From the NCBI GenBank assembly GCA_951406725.2, contig OX597814.1, positions 40,362,001-40,426,000 on the forward strand: a stretch of DNA of 64,000 bases, given 5' to 3'. This document shows, piece after piece, positions 1 to 12,900 of the stretch. The DNA comes from Octopus vulgaris. Its lineage: Eukaryota. How positions within the stretch are numbered: position 1 is the stretch's first letter; the number at the start of each line of letters is the position of its first letter. The notes under the pieces are model-generated. The model was not told the origin of the DNA. It was given only the letters and a program-made list of their open reading frames with translations, and did no database searches. The position numbers were made by a program, and so were the translations under genes.

Positions 1-250
1 GAACTGCCAAACGCAAAACATCATATTACATTGGCGACACAAATAATTCCCTTTGCCAACGTGCAAGAATCCACAGGCAACATATCCGACAGGAGAATTA
101 ATGGAAGATTCCATTTAAGTAAGCATATGAAAATATGCAGCGACGTAAAATTCAAAATTCCTCCCTTTTACAAATGTGCACGGGACGATGAGCAATACTG
201 AAAGCAATGTAACTACATTTCATCTAAAAATTCTCTCGAAAATTGAATGT
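1..250 (+). mobile_element. Penelope-like element remnant: C-terminal GIY-YIG endonuclease (pseudogenised, cut by window edge)
   Basis: Manual translation gives YYIGDTNNSLCQRARIHRQHIRQEN*WKIP, then after a frameshift SKHMKICSDVKFKIPPFYKC, matching the PLE YIG...R...H endonuclease region. Its 3' part (~215-285) recurs at ~525-600. Confidence 0.7.
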
Positions 251-1158
251 GTGAAAGAAAAGCTGAGACAGTACAGTTTGTATTCCAATTATGACAAAAA
301 TATCGGAAACATAACGCTCATCTTTGTAAATATTTATGTGTATGTGTGTGGTATTAAGGTGTTCTGAGCTTTGCGTGTTTTTCTAGTTTGTAAACGTTAT
401 GCTAATGTTCTCAGATGCAAAAACATGAAATTGAAAACTGTGTGACTGTTTTCCAATTGAAAGTATGGAGGTAACATAGTATACCTAAATACACCTTCCC
501 TCCACACACACACACACACACACACCCACTTCATCAAGGGATTCTCTCCAAAACTGAATGTTTGAAAAGAAAGCAGAGACAGTACATTTTACATTATAAA
601 TATAACTCAAAGAAGAGAAATAGAAAGAAAGAGGGGAGAAGAGAAGGAAAGGGGAGAAAAAGGAAGCAAGCGGGAAAGTAAGAATAGGGGAAGATAGAAA
701 TAAAGCAGAAATACTTTCAATAATGATAACACCACACCATTATTTTAAGAGGTCACCATCCCTAAATCCATTCCAATAAAATGGTAAATGACAAAATAAA
801 TAAATGAATCGTGAATAAGAAGGGAGATACCCTTCTCTCTCTACCTAATAATATATTTGTCTGTTTGAGTAACTATCTATCTATCTACGAATCTATCAAT
901 CAGCCTATCTACAAACCTATATTTCTATCCATCTGTCTCCATTATCATTGGACCTCTCTTCCCCTCGAAAATTTATTTTCATCTTCTAAACAAAACCCCC
1001 AACACATCTGTTTTATATAAATGAACAAGGTGTTTGTACATTCCAATAAATTCTATTTCACATATTCGAGAAACGAAGGAAAGCACTAATACTAACAAAG
1101 AAATAAAAGGATTTTGTTCCAAAATTCTGACGACCTGTTTTCTATATATATATATATA

Positions 1159-1549
1159 CGAGCAAAAGGCTCCCCACGTCGAATGATCGGTATTTAGTTG
1201 TCAAACAGTTAAACCAAATTTTCTTAAAGCAACTTGTCCGGCCGTCCCAGAGGCCGTCCCAGAGGAACACTGATTTAGCCTAAATTTGAGACACCACCAA
1301 AAAAAAAGAAATAAAGATGGACTTTTTTCTTGCGTACACGCAGCATAGATCGCAGAAGCTGATGTACTTGCGCGTACAAATGCACGTTCCTACAGCTTTA
1401 TCGATCGCATTCTCACCTGGAATCGATTTTTGTAATTTTTTTCAAGACTCGTGCACGCCCAGATACCGTCGGTATCGACATATCAAATTTGAGCGCAATC
1501 GGATTGAGGATGCCCGAGATTCTAGACAGAACAGATTTTACGTTATAGA
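1159..1549 (-). mobile_element. Putative non-autonomous Helitron
   Basis: On the minus strand it starts A|TCTATAA (5' TC end) and ends ...CTCG|T (CTAG-like 3' end, one mismatch) next to (TA)n. There is an internal 13-bp tandem duplication (ggccgtcccagag x2). Confidence 0.4.
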
Positions 1550-1701
1550 TGCAAACTTTCTCACTTTCCCGAGCGTCAAGCTAATGCGCCAGCTTGTTTA
1601 TAGACCTGTCCTTGTCTTCTTTTTGTAAATTTCAATTATATATACACACACTCATGTACATACATCCATACATACATACACACACATACACACACATACA
1701 A

Positions 1702-1900
<199 letters not shown>

Positions 1901-1904
1901 TGGT

Positions 1905-2430
1905 TATCTACTTCTTCAGAGTCTAAGCACCTACTGTACCTACATCATATCGTTTCATGTGTTTATTTTCAAACCAATGTTTCGAAAAAGACACCTACAT
2001 AGATTGCATATCCGATTTAGATCACCCAGAGCTGCAAGTAAGTTCTGATGTTGGTGGAACTCAAAATGTCTTTTGAGGTCTCTGTTAGATTTGCAGGCCT
2101 TATGGCATACATGCCATTGAAAGGTGTGCACATGCAGAATAGTTGGTGGAAGTTTAAATGCTACTCCTCCAGACTTCTTTCTTAAAGTAATGTCTGTCAC
2201 AGATATCAAGTGTTTACAAGCAAACGCTTCCATCTGTCACTAGGGTATAGGAAAATAATTTGTGGATCTCTATCGAAGATGTTGATGCTCACAACATTCT
2301 TGTGGAATGTGAAGATGAAAATAGTCAGAAAACTGACCATCAAAGTTCCATCCAGTCTATTGAAGAACTGGAAACAGGGAGATCCTCAAGCTGAAATCAT
2401 CTCCTTGTCAGATTCAGCAGACAACTCAGA
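1905..2430 (-). mobile_element. LINE (RTE-like) 3' remnant with decayed C2H2 zinc-finger motifs
   Basis: ORF 1955..2233 contains WHVCHKACKSNRDLKRHFEFH and [16 protein letters not shown], which resemble the C-terminal C2H2 motifs of RTE-type ORF2. Flanked by microsatellites and frameshifted. Confidence 0.45.
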
Positions 2431-5329
2431 CGGACATATATGCATAAACACACACACATACACACCCACACACCCACACACCCACACACACACACACGCA
2501 CGCACACATAAACGTGTGTCTATATGAACCGAAGTAAGATAACTTGAAGTTTATGACATAGTAATTATATACAATAGTTAATAAGACTTTGAAGGATTCG
2601 TTCTTCAGTGGCTTTATTTCAGATTACTATTTCTACTGAATGATTGATTAACAGTTATTTTGTTTCATATATTAAGCCTCTATTTGCAGTCGTCTATAAC
2701 TGTTTATTGTCGAATGAATTGGAAGAAAACTCTCAAATATTTAATGCAATTATGAGAATATATACTGCGAATTCCTGATTTTAATCGTTAGATATTACAT
2801 CACATGGTGAATATTATGGATGAAATGCAACATGCATCTCAAAGTAAATGTTTATTTTTGCAAACGATAGTCCCTCAAAGGTAATAATTATTGAGAAATG
2901 ATATTATCTCTTTCGAGTATTCATGGCGTAGTAATAATGATTGTTGTTGATTTTGAATGTGTTTCATTAATTACCGAACGATTCAGGCAGATAACCGCAG
3001 CGAAGGTTTTCCATTCCATTTAGAATTGTACCATGAATTTAGAAATGAAAACAGAAATTGGCGGGCAGCACGATTTTAGTACCTGGGTGTAAAGGAACGC
3101 TACAAGTTAAGGAATTCGTTGAGTGAAAAAGAAAAAGAATAGGAGACAGAAGCATTTTAGTGTTAGTGAAATGAAACCCAGTTTTGTGTATACATTAGTT
3201 CTAGGCATATACGTTAATGATACACATAAAATATTTTGAATGAAACACGCCAAAATATCCTCAGCAAAACAATATTTCACAAATTCACCTGTCTAACACG
3301 ATTTGTTACCAATATATAGATTTCAAATATTTGATATGTGGAATGAATGACATTTCATAAAATCATAATATTTAAATATATTTGAAATCGGCATATGTAG
3401 AAAAACTGTATAAAAAGTTTAACAAATTACTTCCATAACAATAAAATCAAAATGATATGAGTTTAATACAATTTGACAATAAAATTATTTATATACAGAT
3501 ATATAAAAATTCATTCGCATATATTTATCCATTTATATTTATTCTTACAACGTAAAGGTGTCAGACATTCCAATAGTTTTGCCAGATATACCTTCAGAAT
3601 TAAGTATATAATCGTATACAATGATGCAACTTATAATTTATTAAATTAAACCTTGTGCATTATTTTTTTTTCTGTTTGTATTCGTATCGAACAGTCTCAA
3701 ATGGTATTAATTCTTAGTGAATTGGTATCAGTTCATAGTGAATATTATAAGTCCTAAAAAGGATTTACTACAAAAATATTCTTGTACCCAATAGCTATCT
3801 TTCTATCTCTAATTGTAAGATTATACAGTTATAATTTATTAATAGCGTTGAAATACTTTTGTTCTATATATTCACAACTATGAAGATATCATACACATAT
3901 TCTACATAGAATGTATGCCATATACGTTATAGGAGATAATGTGGTATATATAAACATGTATGTGTATACAGTAGCATGTGGTTTACTTGCGTATAAAATT
4001 CATTCGTGTATACGCAAATCTACTTGTGTATATTTAAAAGAATTCGTGTATGCGTGGAATCTTAAACCTTTCACGGAAGTTTTAGTACAAAATTGTATAA
4101 TAGATATGTCCATGGAAGCCGTTACAGCATTTAAGAGAGAAGTCTTCAAATTCCATTATTTATCTGCATTTATATGTGGAATTAGTCAAGTGAATCGCAA
4201 TATTGATCACTTTTATTGCCAAATTAATCGCTGAGAAGTTAGTGAAATAGCCAATTTAATCAATAGGCAACTGAAAGACATTTTAATATCCTAGTTATGA
4301 AAGCTAACTGAATAAAACTAGTCAGCAAATCATAATTAAGGTTAACACAATTATGAAATGAGGAATGAATAATATGAGACTTACAAGTTAAAATCAGTTT
4401 AAAAGTGAAGTAATATGCTGAATTTCTTCATCCTTACTGCCACGGAGTGTATACAATGTCAAATTTCTATTTGAGAAATGAACCTAGTAAATCCTACGTT
4501 TATCATTCTTGTCTATAACGTCTTGTTCCTCACCCTAGGAATGATATGACCCATGCTATTTCATATATTCATATTCAGCATCTCAACTTCACCATCTCAA
4601 TTTGAATACCAACCTTTGCCATCATTACTCTTGATGCATGATGATATAAAAAGCAATCTCGACATTGTGCCGTGTGAGGTTCCTGCGTTTGGTCAGTTCC
4701 CATTCATACATACATGCATGCATACATATAGGCATATATATATATACATACTCACTCAAATATACATGCATATATACATTTGCTTAAAACCAACATTCAA
4801 TAAATTCATCCAGAGAATGACAGAAATATGGGAAGTGCAACGTTAATTCTCTTACAATTTTCGCTGACGCCTGCGAAGTGATACACCATGTAGAAGATAT
4901 ATATCAAATGAGTATTAGTAACATTATCTGAATTCAATCTTTGTCTTTTATAAAAAAAGAAAAACATTAAAATTCAGAACTACCATAAAAAGATCGTATA
5001 TGTGTTCAGATGTTTTACCAAATATGATAAAATATTGTTTTCCATGGATAGAATACCGCATTGTACAATGCTGTTCTCCATTTTCCTAAATGTTTTATGT
5101 TTGATACCTTGTCTACAAACATTGAGTTTATAGGAAATTTATTATAATATATGTAATTCTTTCGTTTTATTTTATTGTGAGTTATGTTATTCATGCATAT
5201 ATACATGAATCTATAAAACATTATATTTGGTAATAATTCATAAAACATTCAATACTTTCCATTGAGAATTAACAACGGATTGTTTAATATCAGTGTTGAC
5301 GATTTCGACAAACTGTTAGATTAAGCAAA

Positions 5330-5770
5330 AACAACTTAGAGAAACATTTGGGAGGTATTTGAGGACTTAACTTATTGGGGTCATTGCTGCATTTTTTGCT
5401 AACTTTGTATGATCATTCTTCTCAGAAAATAATAATGGTAGACCATCAGCTTACTCAAGAAATGAAGAGGCAATTACTTATTGAGGTTAAAAATACTGAG
5501 CATAGGAATTTAGATATGCTTTGCGTTTTAAAAGTTGCCAGATCTTTCGTCTACAAGGTTTGTAAGGAACTACAGACTGAACATGGAAACGTATCACCAG
5601 TATCAAATCATACAAAGCATTCTAAACGCTCTAAAATTATCAGAATTACAGTCCATGAAAGTCCATGAGGTCAATTGCAAAAGATCTCCATGAGTAAGAA
5701 TGAACAGTCAGAAATGTTGTCCACAAAGATATCAGATATAAGTCTTATATGATAAGGAAAGGTGAATGTC
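5330..5770 (+). mobile_element. Tc1/mariner-superfamily transposase remnant (N-terminal HTH region, internally deleted)
   Basis: LTQEMKRQ...LKVARSFVYKVCKEL...VSPVSNHTKHSKRS, then KSMRSIAKDLH...VRNVVHKDIRYKSY: typical mariner-type DNA-binding region, with stops and frameshifts. Confidence 0.75.
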
Positions 5771-6235
5771 AGTAATCGGTGATGTTGCTGTCTACATCGG
5801 TGTGGGTGATAATGGTAGTAAGTGCCGTTGTATATGTCCTTGTAGTAGTCGTAAACAAGGTAATGGCAGTCAACATCAACATTCCTTATCGGAGTAGGTA
5901 GGAGCTGTGGTGGACGTTGTGGTGAAGGTAAAGCAGTTGTTGAGGAGCAATAAATTTGATCACGAGGTACCGATAAACATGCTGGTTGTGATCGCAGTGA
6001 ACTTATATATAGGCGACACCAACCCAACTCCGATTGACTATAACGTTTTTCGAATTTAGTGTATGGATCAGTAAGGACTTCTTGATACGGAGATTGCATG
6101 TATTTCTCAGTATGGAAGGTTCTACGTCTTTTGCGGTGTTCTAGCATTTGATTAAAAATGTTTGAGGAAAGAAGATGCGTTGGTAGTCAGGTGTTTCTTT
6201 AGCCGGATTTATATATATATATATATATATATATA

Positions 6236-7084
6236 CTAGTAACGATAACAGGCATTGGTCGAAATTAAAATGGCATAGTTCGAATATGTATTACAGTTAT
6301 GTTGAAACAGATGATACGGGAGAGGGCAGGATTGGCAACAACATATGTGTGGAGCAAATGATGGCGAATCATGCTTCTGTCATGCCTATGTTTGGTGAAT
6401 TCCAGACCCTTACAAGGTCATTAGAATTTGGGGTTGGAGTGTATGTGAATTTTGAACGCACCGAAAAGCTCTCCGTGGATACCATCTCCTTTGCGGCAGT
6501 TGGTACTGCGTCTAATAGGACACATCGTCTGAAATTTTGACACTTCCTTCGAGCACGTTGTCCTACATCTCACATGAGGTAAAGTGGATGAAGTCTAGTT
6601 GTTCATTTATGGGTAACAAGGAGCAATGAGATAATACACTTGCCCTTGAACTTTAAATCCATATTCAACTATCACATTAGATGCACCAAACGAAATTATT
6701 TGAAATGCAGAGATGTATTGTCTGATATTGTTCAGAAAACTCTTTAATTAAATGGAAATGCCTAGATATCTATGAGGTTGAAGTGCGGTGCTCCAGCATG
6801 TTTGCAGTCAGATATCTGAAACAAGTAAAAAAATTAAATGAATAAATAAAAAATAGTATATGTGTAGGTAAATAATAGATAGATGGCTGCACACTGCTGA
6901 AGACTGATCCCATTTTTGCTTGGGTGTTATTGAAATTTGGTTCTCCGTGAATGAATGAAATAGTTGATTAAACAGAATGCTGAATTTGTTCTATTAATCT
7001 GACATCCATATACTTATATGTGGTGCCCCAGAATATATGTATGTATAAACCCCTCTAACATATATATATATATTACATGTATAC

Positions 7085-7136
<52 letters not shown>

Positions 7137-7810
7137 GTATATTATATGTATATGTATATATATATATATATACATATATTATATGTATATGTTTATGTAT
7201 ATGTATATGTATATATATATATCTATATCTATCTATCTATCTATCTATATATAGTGCTGGCAATCTTACCATACCATCTGAGCAGCATTTGCCATTAGTT
7301 TCAATTGGAAAAAATGGGAAATCTCATTTTCGTTCTATGTTGAAACTCCATATGATGTGTTACAGCATGCGTTTACTTGTCTTGAGAAAATGTCAACTCG
7401 CTTGTCTTGAGACTTCATGCGATAAGCTGCAGCATGCATGTGCTAATCTTGGGAAACTCTCGTCTCCCTTCTACATTGAGACTCCATCTGTCATGCTGCA
7501 GTATGACTTTGCAGATCTAGACAGTGTGTCATCTCGCTTCGGTCTCGAGAGACCATTTTACGTGCTGCAGCCTGCATTTCCTGATCTTGGAAAACTTTCA
7601 TCTCCCTTCTGTATTACGACTTCATCTAATGTGCTGTAGCATGCCTTTGCTGAGTTTGAGACGCGCTCATTTCCTTTCTCTCTTGAGACTGCATTTGAGG
7701 TGATACAGCATGCATTTGGTGATCTTGTGAAAGTCTTAACTCCCTGTTATCTTGATATTTTCTTTTACAGCCTGCAGCATGCGTTTTCTTATCCTTATAA
7801 ATTATCATCT
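6236..7810 (-). mobile_element. Decayed, internally deleted Helitron (RepHel N-terminus plus probable helicase fragment, CTAG 3' end), interrupted by a templated insertion at 6781-7253
   Basis: Minus-strand order: 23-aa repeats (7357-7810); ETNGKCCSDGMVRLPAL (~7252-7305, CCxxGKVxLP motif); FLNNIRQYISAFQIISFGA...FKVQGQVYYLI (~6610-6740, Helitron N-terminal consensus FLxNIRxYNSAFxxxSFG...FKIQGQVYH); weak Pif1-like fragment (6290-6600); terminus CTAG|T at 6236-6239. The 5' end was not located. Confidence 0.8.
7357..7810 (-). repeat. 69-bp (23-codon) degenerate tandem repeat, ~6.5 units, STPR-like
   Basis: gctgcagcat-like anchors at 7426, 7495, 7564, 7633, 7702 and 7771 (exact 69-bp period). Minus-strand translation approximates ESQERREMRLSQDQQMHAAARQM, with stops. 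Confidence 0.8.
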
Positions 7811-8100
7811 AATTCCTATCTTGAGAATCTCGCTTTCAGTATTCTACAACGTTCCTTTCTTTATAGTTGTTTCTGGAGAGATTAATATCATTTCTTTGGT
7901 GGAAACTTTTAATATTGCAATATTGCAAAGAAAGAAATTATGAACATAGAGTAAAATAAATATATTAATCTATCTTTTTGTAAGTAGTTGCAAGTATGTA
8001 GTATAAACAATAATAGAGTCTTATCAAGAATGAAAAAAGAATAGTGTGAAAATATTATACAATGGGAAGTTCAGATTGATCACAAGTAGCTGATTTACTC

Positions 8101-8164
<64 letters not shown>

Positions 8165-8165
8165 C

Positions 8166-8205
<40 letters not shown>

Positions 8206-8302
8206 ACAAAGGGTAAATTAATTAATTAAGAAGTAATCCGTAATTTCACCAAGTAGAATTCGGTATGAAAAAGACAATTTCATGGTAAGCCTAAGTAATA
8301 CA

Positions 8303-8378
8303 TTATAATTAGGGTTCAGCAAAGATTTCTAAACTTCAGTATGTGGTGAAGCAAATCTTTGCTGAACCCTAATTATAA
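8303..8378. repeat. 26-bp perfect inverted repeat (hairpin) with 24-nt loop
   Basis: ttataattagggttcagcaaagattt (8303-8328) and aaatctttgctgaaccctaattataa (8353-8378). Confidence 0.9.
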
Positions 8379-8379
8379 A

Positions 8380-8419
<40 letters not shown>

Positions 8420-8914
8420 AAAACTTTTACATTAATCCTATACCCTGCAAAGATTCTGCAGACTTAAATACAGATAATTTCATTGCATATCTGGCGCTGC
8501 GTCCTCAGTAGGTTGCCAGCACTGAACACATAGACATGGAGCTATAGGTAATAAATTTTCAATCATTTTCGGAATTACAAAAATTGGTGGCTCGCAGTTT
8601 TCACTGCTCTTTCTAGCGTGTCAGAAATCCTATTCTTCGGGTATCTCTTTTGTGTTTGAACGTACACTGTATTCTTCTCTGAATAATATATAGTCTTTTG
8701 ACTATTGTTATATTTCTCGCTAGACCACTGGTATCTAAGAATTTTTCGATGAATATTCTTGCTACAGTAAGATTGCAATTATATATATATATATATATAT
8801 ATATAGATAGATAGATAGATAGATATAGATATATATATATACATATACATATACATAAACATATACATATAATATATGTATATATATATATATATACATA
8901 TACATATAATATAC

Positions 8915-8956
<42 letters not shown>

Positions 8957-9204
8957 GTATACATGTAATATATATATATATGTTAGAGGGGTTTATACAT
9001 ACATATATTCTGGGGCACCACATATAAGTATATGGATGTCAGATTAATAGAACAAATTCAGCATTCTGTTTAATCAACTATTTCATTCATTCACGGAGAA
9101 CCAAATTTCAATAACACCCAAGCAAAAATGGGATCAGTCTTCAGCAGTGTGCAGCCATCTATCTATTATTTACCTACACATATACTATTTTTTATTTATT
9201 CATT

Positions 9205-9510
9205 TAATTTTTTTACTTGTTTCAGATATCTGACTGCAAACATGCTGGAGCACCGCACTTTGTCAGACAAATCGGCTCGAGAGCTTATTTTTTGGAAGCC
9301 CAGTACATATTCTATCGATATGTTGCACCCAACCACTAAGCTACGGTGGCGCAAACACACTAATATCGGTTGTCAAGTGATGGTTGGGGGCCATAAACAG
9401 CCACACAAATACATAAATACATGCATACACCAAATCCACTCACAAGGCTCTCGTCGACCCGAGACTATGGTATGTGACGTTTGTCCAAAGTGCCACGCAG
9501 CCACTGTTGC
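9205..9510 (-). mobile_element. tRNA-derived SINE, family A (diverged copy)
   Basis: Shares the acttgtttcag...catgctggagcaccgc...ccaaatccactcacaaggct blocks with the copies at 41970 and 42915. Confidence 0.8.
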
Positions 9511-9534
9511 ACATTATACAGAGATATGTGTGTG

Positions 9535-9593
<59 letters not shown>

Positions 9594-9734
9594 ATTTGGG
9601 GTGTGTATATATATAATATATATATACACAAAAATAATTTTTAAACTAGAGTAGTGAGGAGAAATATGTACATTGATGGGGATGTAATCGTGAATTAAAA
9701 TATATACAGACCACAATGTTGGTTATGCGTGCAT

Positions 9735-11400
9735 ATTTAGATATGTTCTGTATCTTTCGATGAATAAGTTTTCTTTATTTAAACGTCCTTGTATAGAAAT
9801 TTTATCGTTGCACTGGTAGAACGGGAAAATTGAAATTTACTTTGATGTTACCTGCACATCTCTCTATGTGTTCACTTAAATGAATTTCTCTATTACGGGA
9901 ATCGGATCTGCTCTTTATGTATAGCGGTTCTCCGTCTCAATTTCATAGTCGTCTGTCCTAGATAGCGATGTCCACAACTCTTGAAGGTTATTACAGAATT
10001 TCGGCGCTCACAAATTTTAACTGTTGGTTTCGTGGTTGTTGTGCAAATTTTCCCATTGGTTAGATGTCTCTTTAGCGATTTGTGTTTCTTTTTTACATTT
10101 GATAAATTTATTTGCCTTCAGGATGTTGTGCATTTATGGGTCTCTATTTAGTAAAGGAAGATTTTGCACAATAGTGTTGTATGCCTCATTGTTTCTAGGG
10201 TTGTGAGATGATATATTCAGTAGTGTTTTGAGATGAGGTGTAGTGTTATGTTTTGCTGTCCTTAGTGTTTTTCTATGTCTAATTTATTTGTACACTTAAT
10301 TCGATCAACTATAAGTGAAGGTGGATATTGTCTTTGCTATGAAATGTAGCTGTTATGCGTATAGTGGACATCAGCCACTGCAGCAGACGATTCCCGATCG
10401 CCAAAGATATAAATGAGTGTGTGTTTATGTATCATGCACCCATATGTGGGGTTTACTGCAGCTTTCGGCTTCTGAGCAAAAATACGTGAAATTTGGATAT
10501 AAACATTACCGTTTTGTATACACACTGTTTCTATCATTAACACTTGTGGATTTGTGAATATGTGTGGGTGGATGTCTGTGTATTTGCGCACATCTATTTG
10601 CATGGTGAATACATTTTTTAGAACATTTATGACTTCAGCTTCATAAATAACTGAGATTATCAAGCATGCCGGCTTGAGTAGAAAACTCCCAACGTCTCGG
10701 CATTTATATTATTTAGTATGCACTCATTTGCTGCGTCTTATTAGTGTTGATTTTCTTTTACAATTGGGAAACAACTGTATGATATTTTTAAGGAACCTCT
10801 CTTAAAATTTTTCCTATACCAATGATGTCTAGGAGAAGTTTATCTAATAACACCAGGAATATGTTTGTTTAGGTTTGTCAGAATATACAAAGGGAAAGGT
10901 ATGCAGCATATTATTTCTTTCAGTGTCATATTTAGGTGTCATATTTTCCATTTATGGCGTGTAAGATATCTTATCTCCCGCTGTTAACGGGTATTATTAG
11001 GTGGATGCATTATCAAATAGTTGTAACACATCTTTTCTCATGTAAAGAAATCAACTTCAATACTTGGGTTCCTTGGAATGAAGCTATTGGTACCTCATAT
11101 TTAAGCATTCTGTATTGTATTCTCTCATTGCTCACACGTGACCATCGACCATCTTTGTTTTCCTCAAGTGACCGTTTTTTCAAAAGAACTGACGTGTTTT
11201 TTCTCTCTCTTCTGTCTTTTCTCTTTAAAATAAATGTTTCTCGCAACGTTTACAATTTTCCTCTCGTTCTGGTCTAACAACCCTCCATATTTTGGTGTCC
11301 TTGCATGTCTCCACTCTGAGGTTTTTGTTCGCAAATTTGACCCTCCATAAATACTAAATTATATTTAAGTATTCATCATTAAACTTTACAACCCCGTTCA
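9735..11400 (-). mobile_element. Heavily decayed Penelope-like element (RT fragments plus GIY-YIG endonuclease)
   Basis: Minus-strand translation gives SCGHRYLGQTTMKLRRRTAIHKEQIRFP..SEHIERCAG (endonuclease) and SSHNPRNNEAYNTIVQNLPLLNRDP (linker). Weak RT-like segments lie at 10750-11250, and there is an unrelated insert at ~10335-10680. Confidence 0.65.
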
Positions 11401-12857
11401 TAACTGCATATACATACAAAACACGGTTTTATAGTAGCTGATCGCAGGCGTCCACGATGACATTCGGATTCTATCGAAACAAGTTCTAAGACTGCTGCTG
11501 GTGTTACTCTAAAAATTTATTTTCTGAGTTTTATTGTTCATCACATTGGTAATGACATTGTTAATAAATTGTAGCGTTATTTATTTATTTACTTAATTAT
11601 TTTCAATTAAAGTTTTCCGATTAATTATTGGAAAACTGATTCACTATAACTTTAAATAATGGGCGTCCAGCCATGTAGAATTCAGGCCGAAATAACTTGG
11701 GAAATATTGTAGTTTGGCCACACTCTCTGTAAAATTTTAGAGAAGAGACAAAATAGAGGAACTGACAGGAAAATGAATAATGGATATGTAGAGAAAAACG
11801 GTATCACTTGACAGCAATCATGACTTATACATAGTTAAATAGAAACAAAATAGGATAAATCAAATCGAGAAAGTGATCGACATATTGACAGGATGACTTT
11901 ATAGGTACAAATAAATAAACGACCATAGTGTACTAATAAATGTAGTTAAAGCAATAATCAGTGTCGACATGAGGATATAAATTTACGCCTTTCTATTAGT
12001 TAAATATCGAAATTTATAGAGCACAGTCATTTTCATTTTCTATTAAGTTAGGTTTGAAAGAGTACAGAAAGAGAAATAGAACTGATACTCTCGATAAAAT
12101 GCCGAAGAATCCTTGAATCCTGACGTTTCTGTTACCTAAGTGTTCCAATATTACTGAAAATATAGCAAGCCAATCAGTCATATGAATTCAGCAGGCAGTT
12201 CGATAACGCCAATAATGATTTTAAAATTATAGCGGGTAATAAGAAAATGTTGAAGAATTTATAAGAATTATAGAGAATAATAAAGGCTATAAATGTTAAT
12301 AGTCAACATAATTTACAGGATTATAGCGAAATATAAATCATTATAAAGTCCGTGAGACAAGGAAGATGACACAAGTATTAATTGAATCATCTAAGGCTAG
12401 AAGCAAATTGAGAACAGTTATTAAATTTAATTATATAAAATATAAATTATATGAAATTACAATCATGTGTCGTCATGAGTCAGGGGAGGCAAAGGTAGCT
12501 TAGATATGATGTTATGCTTATTAACAGTATTAATTTACGTTAGGCTATCTAACTCTAGTCAATTTAACTTAATACTGAAGGTCTTATATTGTAAGGTTAT
12601 TGCTATATATTTAGCAGTAGGGGAACAGAAGTATACAATTTCAGGGAGAGAAGGTGGCCTGGCATAGATCTTTAATTCGTTCGATCTATTATTTCGTTGT
12701 ATTTTAAGAATTTCGGAATTTGAAAACAGCTGCGATTTATGTATGAATGCTTATATATGTTCATGTAAATGCATGTATGCTTGTATGTGTGTATGTATGT
12801 ATGTATGTATGTGTGTAAGTGTGTGTATATGTATATGTATATACATATATATATATG

Positions 12858-12900
<43 letters not shown>

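Larger units (their letters stand above)
6781..9260. repeat. ~470-bp near-perfect inverted duplication (6781-7253 vs 8798-9260)
   Basis: The left arm is the reverse complement of the right arm apart from (TA)n length. Both give the same [17 protein letters not shown] on opposite strands. Confidence 0.92.

Noticed and set aside
7357-7810. Regularly spaced repeats as a CRISPR array
   Set aside because: Eukaryotic context, and whole units are homologous with no unique spacers.
7289-7885. Plus-strand 23-aa repeat ORFs with an LRR-like look (AFxDLxKL)
   Set aside because: They lack the LRR Asn ladder. The minus frame fits STPR repeats and is collinear with Helitron motifs.
11430-11495. CTGATCG...GAAAcaagTT HHR-like words near a PLE remnant
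   Set aside because: No convincing stem I or stem II pairing.
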